64,000 bases of DNA, taken from the sequence record NC_041975.1; one strand, given 5' to 3'. The translations under genes and the position numbers were made by a program. Shown here in pieces: positions 17,726 to 24,943 of the stretch. How positions within the stretch are numbered: the stretch's first letter is position 1; every line of letters begins with the position of its first letter. The notes under the pieces were generated by a model. That model did no database searches and was not told where the DNA came from. It was given only the letters and a program-made list of their open reading frames with translations.

Positions 17726-17756
17726 AAGGGATAGTGAAAGCTATCCCTTTTATGCC
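17726..17756 (+). terminator. Hairpin terminator with TTATGCC tail
   Basis: AAGGGATAG-tgaaag-CTATCCCTT-TTATGCC. Confidence 0.75.
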
Positions 17757-17777
17757 AATTATAATTGAGGATTCAAA

Positions 17778-18158
17778 ATGAAACAGGTTGCTGCTAACGT
17801 AAATGTTCTTTCTGTCGATTATCGTTTCGGCGCTAAACAGATGGAGACCTACGCCAAGTTTATCACTGATGCATTAACGGCGGGTCGGAAAGTCTTTATC
17901 TATGCGGATAAAGAAGCGCGGGCAAAAGTGAATGAACTCTTTCCTAAAGTCCTCGGCCAGGAGGTGATGGAGAAGGTACTTGTTCGTGCCTACCCCATCA
18001 GTGAATTGACTGCGGTTAACGTCGGCCGGGGTATGTCCAACATGTCGGCTATCTTCATTAGTGAAACCGGGCGTTATACCGATCTGATCACGAAAACGTT
18101 TTCAGCCGTCAAAGACCATGATGCGTTGATTGTTGAATGCAGCGAAGTGGTGGCGTGA
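17778..18158 (+). CDS. Hypothetical protein
   Basis: GAGGA RBS. Confidence 0.7.
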   Translation: MKQVAANVNVLSVDYRFGAKQMETYAKFITDALTAGRKVFIYADKEARAKVNELFPKVLGQEVMEKVLVRAYPISELTAVNVGRGMSNMSAIFISETGRYTDLITKTFSAVKDHDALIVECSEVVA

Positions 18159-18508
18159 TGTCAAAGGCTAAAGCGGTCTGGGGTGATCTCTCATACGCCC
18201 TGCTCATTCTGGGTGCATGGCTTCTGTATATTGTCTTTGTTGGCTGGTGTGCTTATTTCTTCCCAGAGAAAACTATCATCAAGAACGATGAGGATTTGCT
18301 GGCGTACCAGGAAGGCGATGGGCGTTTCAATCGGTTTGTCAACGAAGCATTAGAGACGGTGATTGCTGACACGGAATGTTTATATCCCATCACAATCACT
18401 AAACGCGGGCATTGGTTCTTTGCCGCAGATATGTTTACTGTTCAGAATGCCAAGTGCATAAGTCAGGTTGGTCTCAATAATAACGTGACGACTACCCCGA
18501 TCAGTTAA
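18158..18508 (+). CDS. Membrane-anchored hypothetical protein
   Basis: TGATG coupling with the previous gene; N-terminal TM. Confidence 0.7.
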   Translation: MSKAKAVWGDLSYALLILGAWLLYIVFVGWCAYFFPEKTIIKNDEDLLAYQEGDGRFNRFVNEALETVIADTECLYPITITKRGHWFFAADMFTVQNAKCISQVGLNNNVTTTPIS

Positions 18509-18565
18509 GCCTCAAGGGAGGTAATCCCTCCCTATCACTCATTAACCTACTTGTGGAGATTTGCC

Positions 18566-18982
18566 ATGACAACGTCGCGTACTGACTTGATTACTAGCCG
18601 GATCAAAGAAGCATTGAATGGGGTCCGGGTACAAACCAGTGAGCTGTATCATGAATCGACTGATGTCGCATCGTTCGGTGCGGTAAAAACGGTGATGTTC
18701 TTTTGGAACGTAGCTGACAATGATTTAACTGCTGAGATGGTTGAGCGTGAAATCCTGGTCCGACTACAGACCGAGAACATTTACGTGGCCTTTCACAAAA
18801 CCCGCCGGCGTGAAGGGGAGCGCTTAATCGCGGCCAGTATTGCCTGTAATCCGAATAACCCGAATTACACCTACGGCAACCTGCGGGGCTTCACCCAGAT
18901 GTGGCTACAGAAAAGCTTCGGGGCAACGAAAGAACGTCTGCAGCAAAAGCAACGTGACAGCAATTTGTTTATTCGTCGTTAA
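18566..18982 (+). CDS. Hypothetical protein
   Basis: GGAG RBS before ATG 18566. Confidence 0.7.
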   Translation: MTTSRTDLITSRIKEALNGVRVQTSELYHESTDVASFGAVKTVMFFWNVADNDLTAEMVEREILVRLQTENIYVAFHKTRRREGERLIAASIACNPNNPNYTYGNLRGFTQMWLQKSFGATKERLQQKQRDSNLFIRR

Positions 18983-18996
18983 TTAAGGAACGCGTG

Positions 18997-19722
18997 ATGG
19001 GTATTGATAATAAAAAGATCTTGGGTTTGGTGTTGAATGACTTTGTGGACATGTACATGCTACAGCTCAACAACAAGAACCGTGATGTCTGCATCAATGA
19101 GTTAAACTCGGGGTTGTGTGGTGTAGCGGCCATGTGCGTCGGGAATGTCATGCGTGAGCGCTACGGGGCAACTGACATCGACTGGGAGTCACACTGTTTG
19201 CACATGTGGCTGGTATTGGACGGTAAGCGCTACGACACCCTCTATCCGGAAGGTTATGACGTCCCGGTGGTAGATGCCTGGTTACTGAAAGAGCAGAAAT
19301 ATAACAGCCATGTCATGGCCGGGGAAAGTGTCATCGATATTGAAGATAACAGTGGTTATGTGGCGGGCGGTTGGTGGGATTGTCTCTATCTCATCAAAGG
19401 CTGGTATGAGCGCTACGGTATGACGCCTCCTGCTTACGTTAAACGCATGATGACTAACTTACGCGGTAATCATCTCCATCGCCGAGAGCGTCGTGCAGCA
19501 CGCCGTTACCAGCTCGTGTTGAAAGCCCCGCTTCCCTCCTTTACCGATGAAGTGCGCACCAATACCGTATTGCCGATGACTCATTATTGGCACGGTGAGT
19601 TCGAAGGTAGCCAAGAGCGCGTCCTGGCACGTAAGCCGGGCATGCCGTCAGTGAAGACCTATAAAAGCTTATTGAAGTATTACCGTGAGAAAGGTGTGCC
19701 TATCACACAGTACTTCTGTTAA
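18997..19722 (+). CDS. Papain/transglutaminase-fold-like protein (paralogue of 26668)
   Basis: NSGLCG...HMW...RYD putative Cys-His-Asp triad. Confidence 0.55.
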   Translation: MGIDNKKILGLVLNDFVDMYMLQLNNKNRDVCINELNSGLCGVAAMCVGNVMRERYGATDIDWESHCLHMWLVLDGKRYDTLYPEGYDVPVVDAWLLKEQKYNSHVMAGESVIDIEDNSGYVAGGWWDCLYLIKGWYERYGMTPPAYVKRMMTNLRGNHLHRRERRAARRYQLVLKAPLPSFTDEVRTNTVLPMTHYWHGEFEGSQERVLARKPGMPSVKTYKSLLKYYREKGVPITQYFC

Positions 19723-19751
19723 TCAATCATTTACTAAGAAGGAAACGATTC

Positions 19752-19820
19752 ATGACGCTGAAGAGTAATGAACAATTAAATGCCGAAACCCCTGGTAATG
19801 ATGACCAGTCACCAATCTAG
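19752..19820 (+). CDS. Possible 22-aa peptide (MTLKSNEQLNAETPGNDDQSPI*)
   Basis: AAGGA RBS; lies between a gene end and a terminator. Confidence 0.3.
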   Translation: MTLKSNEQLNAETPGNDDQSPI

Positions 19821-19852
19821 TAATTAAATACTAGGCGGCGTAATCATATACG

Positions 19853-19905
19853 TAAAGGGGTCTGGTGAAAGCCATATCCCTTTTGGTTATGCTGTCTTTT
19901 TTTTT
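19853..19905 (+). terminator. Hairpin terminator with TTATGCTGTC and long T run
   Basis: AAAGGG...CCCTTT imperfect stem, then GGTTATGCTGTC and poly-T. Confidence 0.65.
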
Positions 19906-19990
19906 TGGTTAAGAAATACTAGCCTTCTCCATTATATGCAATTTACACGATACACTTTTCTATTTATTACATCAGCAAGAGAGATAAGAC

Positions 19991-20134
19991 ATGAGCGCAC
20001 CTGAAGAATTTGATATGGACGGCCTGGAATCACTGGATCTGGAAGGCGCTGAGAAAGCGGCAGAAGAGAAAGCAGCCGGCGGTGGCGAAGCCCTGTCTGA
20101 TGGCGAAGCAGATTGCGAAGGTTGCAAGATCTAA
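19991..20134 (+). CDS. 47-aa acidic peptide ending DCEGCKI, resembling the RNR alpha (NrdA) C-terminal redox tail (not in ORF track)
   Basis: MSAPEEFDMDGLESLDLEGAEKAAEEKAAGGGEALSDGEADCEGCKI*; host-like codon bias; AAGAGAG upstream. Confidence 0.75.
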   Translation: MSAPEEFDMDGLESLDLEGAEKAAEEKAAGGGEALSDGEADCEGCKI

Positions 20135-20187
20135 ATGCTGTGATGTGAATCGGGTCTGATATGGGATCAGTTAACCGAGGAAACATC

Positions 20188-20487
20188 ATGAACATCTATC
20201 TTGTCCAACGCAAATCAGAGCCCCGTTACACACCGGATTCATTTATCGCTGTTGCAACATCGACCGAAGAGGTGCTGATGATTCACCCTAGCTACTTTCA
20301 GGGAAAGAACACACCTGTGAAGTTCGACGAGGCAATGGCCGCCCTCTGGGCGAATGAGTTATCTGATAGTCCAATGGATCATCAATGGGTTACCGATAAG
20401 AACGAGCTCGAGGTCACCTATCTGGGTGAGGCTGCGATGGAGTTCACCGACCCCACGATCATTGAGATGTGGTACGGGTACGCCTGA
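20188..20487 (+). CDS. Hypothetical protein
   Basis: GAGGA RBS before ATG 20188. Confidence 0.7.
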   Translation: MNIYLVQRKSEPRYTPDSFIAVATSTEEVLMIHPSYFQGKNTPVKFDEAMAALWANELSDSPMDHQWVTDKNELEVTYLGEAAMEFTDPTIIEMWYGYA

Positions 20488-20494
20488 TCATACG

Positions 20495-20523
20495 GGGAGG
20501 CTTCGGCCTCCCTTTATGCCGGT
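20495..20523 (+). terminator. UUCG hairpin terminator with TTTATGCCG tail
   Basis: GGGAGGC-ttcg-GCCTCCC-TTTATGCCGG. Confidence 0.85.
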
Positions 20524-20627
20524 CGTTATCCTATGACTTGTATTTGGCAGGTCTGAGGTGACGTATGTTTAAACGTTTCATGTTCTATCTGTTCAGTAAG
20601 TTATTTGACCATAAAGGGGAGTACACC

Positions 20628-21176
20628 ATGTCCGAAGCAGTGAAAGATCAGCAAAGCAATGATGTTAATGCAACCAACGATGTTGAGGTGCAGCCAACAC
20701 CTGCTGAGACCTCTGCACCGGAACTGGCATCTAACGATGTGGTTGCCGCACCGGAAGCCGCAGGCGATGCCCGTCCTGAAGTCCAGGATACGGTAGAGTC
20801 GACGCCAGTGGTGATTGAACCGGTTGCAGTTGCTGAACCATCCGCACCTGTCGTGGCACCTGCTCCTGTTGCTGTACCTGCGGCTGAGCCAGCTCCCGCA
20901 CCTGCAGCACCGACCACCCCGACCGACAGCGATAAGACTGAAGGCGAACCCGATACCAATCGCTTCGACCATCTGGCCAGTACCCTGAAGAGTTTACTTC
21001 AGGTAGCCGGTCATGAGCTCGACGAAGCATTTGACGATGCAGTACCTTTGGCAAAACAGATCGCTTCCAGTGACGAAGAGTTCGGTGACAAGCTGAAAGA
21101 CATCCTTGTGGTTGTCGGCCGTGAATACGGCGAAGCTTTCCATCATTTCTTCAGCTATGCGAAGAAGCACATCTAA
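20628..21176 (+). CDS. Ala/Pro/Glu-rich protein with duplicated C-terminal helical unit (alternative start 20565)
   Basis: AAGGGGAG RBS before ATG 20628. Confidence 0.7.
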   Translation: MSEAVKDQQSNDVNATNDVEVQPTPAETSAPELASNDVVAAPEAAGDARPEVQDTVESTPVVIEPVAVAEPSAPVVAPAPVAVPAAEPAPAPAAPTTPTDSDKTEGEPDTNRFDHLASTLKSLLQVAGHELDEAFDDAVPLAKQIASSDEEFGDKLKDILVVVGREYGEAFHHFFSYAKKHI

Positions 21177-21182
21177 GAAAAC

Positions 21183-21214
21183 AGGGGGTGGGATTTCCTG
21201 CCCCTTTTATGCCG
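21183..21214 (+). terminator. Hairpin terminator with TTTATGCCG tail
   Basis: G-rich/C-rich stem, then TTTTATGCCG. Confidence 0.7.
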
Positions 21215-21254
21215 ATTATCTTATAACTGACTTACATCATTAAAGGGTTTTACC

Positions 21255-22220
21255 ATGACAGTTATTCAGCACGAGGCTATTGGTTATTGTGGGCATGCTA
21301 TGATGGTGCACCAAATGGAAAAAGATCAAGTAACCATTAAGCAATACGCAAAGCAGTTGGAAGGTGCCGGGCTGGAGGCGTTTGATACCCCTTCGCACAA
21401 ACTGGTACTGCAGGGCATGTCTGCTCGCTACGGCGATTACATGAAGCTTGGTTCTGGCCAGGAAGGCTTGGGAACAATGGTTCTGTTGGGGGTGGCTATC
21501 GGTGGTGGGGTAGCGGCATACAAGAAATTGATGCTGGCGAAAAACTCGCCGATTACAAAAGATATCAGTGATGTCTTGAGTAAGGTCACTGAAACCTATA
21601 CCCCGAAATGGCTCGAAGGTAAAACCTCGGTTAATAAAGATGTGACTTGCGGAAAACTGAATAAGTTATTCGGTGGGTCTGAGTTGTCAGTACTTGATAC
21701 TGCAGCCATCAAATACGCCACCCAAGCTGAACGTGAAGCAAAAGCAGCTGGCGTATATTTGACAGGGGCGTGGAATAAAATAAAACCTCTGTTAGAGCGG
21801 TGGAAGAAAGCTGGTGAAGGGGAGGAGGATGAAGTCATCGAGCTAATGACTGATCTATACCCAGAGCCACCTTACTCTACTATGCCTGCTATTCACGCCA
21901 ATACCCCTGGCGGTAAAGGTGAAAAAGTTAAAGCTCTCTCAGAGGCTGAATACCCTAAAGCAGTTGCGTTATTGAAAGCACTCCTGAAAGCCGCCGAAGA
22001 AGTCGACGGGATGTCTTACGATATTGCCAATAGCGTTGGCTTTAAAGATCACTGGTACGACGGCATCCCGGCCGATAAACGTGGTGAGGAACACGCATTC
22101 CAATACGGACACTACCGCTACTACCTTGACCATTATGGTGTAAAGACATGGAGTCAACACGAAGCATTGATCAATGCTGCCCGCGGTGTCGAGGAATGGA
22201 TCACCAAGTCATTTAAGTAA
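21255..22220 (+). CDS. Probable virion head/ejection protein with propeptide
   Basis: AGLE-A and SGQE-G sites followed by a hydrophobic segment, typical of processed phiKZ-like head proteins. Confidence 0.55.
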   Translation: MTVIQHEAIGYCGHAMMVHQMEKDQVTIKQYAKQLEGAGLEAFDTPSHKLVLQGMSARYGDYMKLGSGQEGLGTMVLLGVAIGGGVAAYKKLMLAKNSPITKDISDVLSKVTETYTPKWLEGKTSVNKDVTCGKLNKLFGGSELSVLDTAAIKYATQAEREAKAAGVYLTGAWNKIKPLLERWKKAGEGEEDEVIELMTDLYPEPPYSTMPAIHANTPGGKGEKVKALSEAEYPKAVALLKALLKAAEEVDGMSYDIANSVGFKDHWYDGIPADKRGEEHAFQYGHYRYYLDHYGVKTWSQHEALINAARGVEEWITKSFK

Positions 22221-22228
22221 TCGCTACG

Positions 22229-22260
22229 AGGGGAGGGATAACACCTCCCCTTTTATGCCG
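22229..22260 (+). terminator. Hairpin terminator with TTTATGCCG tail
   Basis: AGGGGAGG-gataaca-CCTCCCCT-TTTATGCCG. Confidence 0.8.
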
Positions 22261-22304
22261 GGCGAGGAATCGTATAGGTGCTTTTGCCAACGAGGAATCT
22301 TATC

Positions 22305-23087
22305 GTGTTTGAAATGCTTTTAGGCGGTAGTCCGAATGGGAACTTGCCATTTGGGCAGTTGTTAGCCAAAACAACAACAGACTTTACAGTCCCTGCTGGA
22401 GTGACCGATATTTCCGGTGTTGCTATCGGTGGTGGGGGCGGGAACTCACGCGGCAATACCATTGGTGGGTCAGGGGGTGATTTGCGCTGGCGGAATCACA
22501 TTGCCGTTATTCCAGGTGAAGTGCTGTCACTTATTACCGGTGTGGTAACAGCGGCTGGGAAACCGGGCACCTCCAGTAAGATCATCCGTAAGTCAACCGG
22601 CGAAGTATTACTGGTCGCTAAAGGCGGTGACTCCACTGATGTATCAACACCGATCAATGGAGCTGATATAGGTGGCGGGAACGGTGGTGCTGGTACCAAT
22701 CCATCAGGTGGTGGTGCTGGCGGGTATACCGGCAATGGTGGTAAAGGTGGTTCAGCTGCCGATGTTGATTCTGGCGGGGGTGGCGGCGGTAGCTCTTATA
22801 CCTTCAGCGGAAACAGTTTTGGTTGTGGCGGTGGCGGTGTCTACCCTAACGGCAAAGGCGCTGATGGCGGCGCACCCCCTGTCAATACCGGCAGTCAGGC
22901 GTTTGGTGGTAAAGGGGGTTCTGGTGGTAATCCTGGTCAAAACACGAATGGGGGCTTATACGGCGGCGGCGCTGGCGCACCCGTTAGGATAACCTTTGCA
23001 ACAACAGGGACTGCCGGCTGCATCAGACTCATCTGGGGCTCGGGTCGTGCTTTCCCAGCTACGAAGACCGCAGATATTACAGCATAA
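22305..23087 (+). CDS. Glycine-rich tail-fibre/virion accessory protein (paralogue of 34581)
   Basis: GAGGA RBS before GTG (MFEMLL); FTVPAGVT.I..VAIGGGG and GGGGG tracts. Confidence 0.75.
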   Translation: MFEMLLGGSPNGNLPFGQLLAKTTTDFTVPAGVTDISGVAIGGGGGNSRGNTIGGSGGDLRWRNHIAVIPGEVLSLITGVVTAAGKPGTSSKIIRKSTGEVLLVAKGGDSTDVSTPINGADIGGGNGGAGTNPSGGGAGGYTGNGGKGGSAADVDSGGGGGGSSYTFSGNSFGCGGGGVYPNGKGADGGAPPVNTGSQAFGGKGGSGGNPGQNTNGGLYGGGAGAPVRITFATTGTAGCIRLIWGSGRAFPATKTADITA

Positions 23088-23146
23088 ATGTTAAGGGATA
23101 AATAGGTTATAAATATATGAAACCCTTTCCTCAGTGAGATTGAATT

Positions 23147-23725
23147 ATGGCCAAGATGACTTTCTATTACGCTTCGATGAATGCCGGCAAATCCACCGCC
23201 TGCATCCAAGCAGGTTACAACTATTTAGAACGCGGACTGCGGGCTTTGATGATCAAGCCTGAAGTTGATAACCGTGATGCCACAGAGAAGGTCAGCTCGC
23301 GTGTCGGTCTCAGTGCAAAGGCGGTTGTTTTTGACAGTGAGGTTAATTTAACCGAACTGGTATTACACCAGATGAAGACTTCCAAGGTCTCGGTGGTATT
23401 GGTTGATGAAGCGCAGTTTCTGACGCCGGATCAAGTCAAAGAGCTCAGTGACATCGCCGACTTCGAAGATATCCCCGTGGTCTGTTATGGTTTGCGTACC
23501 GATTTCCAGGGTGAACTCTTTCCTGGGTCTGCAGCCTTAATGGCTCGCTCAGATCGCCTTAAAGAACTGATCGGTGTTTGCCACTGCGGTAAGACAGCTC
23601 ACTTCGTACTGCGCCGTGACGACAAAGGTCAGGTGGTAAAAGAAGGCGAGCAAATCCTGATTGGCGGGAATGACCGCTATGAAGCAGTGTGTCGCAAGCA
23701 CCATCGCGTTGCCATGCTGAGTTAA
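23147..23725 (+). CDS. tdk: Thymidine kinase (type II)
   Basis: FYYASMNAGKST, VLVDEAQFL, CYGLRTDFQGELFPGS, CHCGKTA, YEAVCRKH. Confidence 0.95.
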   Translation: MAKMTFYYASMNAGKSTACIQAGYNYLERGLRALMIKPEVDNRDATEKVSSRVGLSAKAVVFDSEVNLTELVLHQMKTSKVSVVLVDEAQFLTPDQVKELSDIADFEDIPVVCYGLRTDFQGELFPGSAALMARSDRLKELIGVCHCGKTAHFVLRRDDKGQVVKEGEQILIGGNDRYEAVCRKHHRVAMLS

Positions 23726-23740
23726 GTATAAGAGGCAGGT

Positions 23741-24457
23741 ATGTTAGAAATGATAATGGCGATGCCAAAGGCGCTGATACCTAAAGCTGGTCAGCCGCTG
23801 ATGGGATTTAACTTTGACCAGGCTAAAAGTATTAGCGCGCCGAGTGCAACCGCGTACTCCGGCGGGACGATTGAAACACTTAGCACCAGTAACGCCCTTG
23901 CGGGATATGGCCGTAGCTTGCGTTGTAATGGTACGGTGACCAACGTTACCCCGCTGAGCGCATTATCAACCCTCGGACTGGGTGATTTCACCTTAGAGTG
24001 TTACGCCTGGATGACCACGATTCCCAGTACCTATTTCCAACTCTTCCTGCTTCAGTTCGTTAACGGCAAATACATCACCATCCGTGTAGGTGATGGCGGT
24101 TATGGTCAACGCATGCAGGTGGGGATCGATTTAGGTAATGGTGGTAACTACTGCAGTAGCAAGACTGGTCCTTCATTGCGTAACGGCTGGCACCATTATG
24201 CTTTTGTGCGTAAAGCCGGGAAGTGTCGCTTCTTCATTGATGGTCAGCTCCAGTTACTGGCGCTGGGTACTAGCACCACCTTTAACCTCACTGAGTTTAA
24301 CGGGAACTTTGATCTGTCGGGTAATTTGAGTTCGTTCGCTATTGGTAAAGCCAACTCCGGTGCAGGCGATATGTACATGCCTGAATTCCTCTTGTCCAAT
24401 ACCGCACGCTATCAAGAAACCTTTACACCACCTCCCGGCCCTATCTATCGCCCGTGA
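23741..24457 (+). CDS. Concanavalin A-like lectin / LamG-domain virion protein
   Basis: GDFTLECYAW, WHHYAFVRKAG..RFFIDGQL, IG...YMPEF..SNTARY..TFTPP. Confidence 0.8.
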   Translation: MLEMIMAMPKALIPKAGQPLMGFNFDQAKSISAPSATAYSGGTIETLSTSNALAGYGRSLRCNGTVTNVTPLSALSTLGLGDFTLECYAWMTTIPSTYFQLFLLQFVNGKYITIRVGDGGYGQRMQVGIDLGNGGNYCSSKTGPSLRNGWHHYAFVRKAGKCRFFIDGQLQLLALGTSTTFNLTEFNGNFDLSGNLSSFAIGKANSGAGDMYMPEFLLSNTARYQETFTPPPGPIYRP

Positions 24458-24463
24458 CATTCT

Positions 24464-24493
24464 GCCAGGGTTTGTCCCTGGCTTTATGCCGCC
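24464..24493 (+). terminator. Hairpin terminator with TTTATGCCG tail
   Basis: GCCAGGG-tttgt-CCCTGGC-TTTATGCCGCC. Confidence 0.8.
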
Positions 24494-24507
24494 CAAAGTA
24501 TCTCAGT

Positions 24508-24517
24508 CCTACATTAC
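24508..24517 (+). promoter_or_regulatory. Putative early promoter
   Basis: CCTACATTAC-N4-GTGTA. Confidence 0.7.
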
Positions 24518-24580
24518 CCTTGTGTAGAAAACAACATTGTTAACTTAACCTATAGTGTTTTAGCTGGGAGGTTTCTTAAG

Positions 24581-24943
24581 ATGAATCACTTATTATTGGA
24601 TGTGACCGAGAACGTCACACCGATCACGCGCCAATTTACCAATACCGACTGGGATGGCATCTTGCGTGATGTTAGCTTGTACATCATGCGCCTTTACTGT
24701 GCCTCCCGAGTACTTGGCGAACATATTCCCCATAACCCTGCGGCGCACTTAAAGGACATTCAGTGGCGCTATGGCTTTGACCCGAATGACGGGCCGGTCT
24801 CGGTAGAGTTTGTGAAACTGTATAAATGCCTGAGTGAGGCCATCGGGCTTTATGTGACACAGACCAACCCCACTAAACTGTTAACCGTAGTACGTGTTTC
24901 AACGGCTAACAACATTTTTCAACTGCACTTAGGATATGCCTGA
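24581..24943 (+). CDS. Hypothetical protein
   Basis: GGGAGG RBS; TGATG coupling to the HslU-like gene. Confidence 0.7.
   Translation: MNHLLLDVTENVTPITRQFTNTDWDGILRDVSLYIMRLYCASRVLGEHIPHNPAAHLKDIQWRYGFDPNDGPVSVEFVKLYKCLSEAIGLYVTQTNPTKLLTVVRVSTANNIFQLHLGYA

Noticed and set aside
22680-22980. Collagen-like or DNA tandem repeat in the Gly-rich genes
   Set aside because: Not Gly-X-Y periodic; codons vary, so this is protein-level low complexity only.
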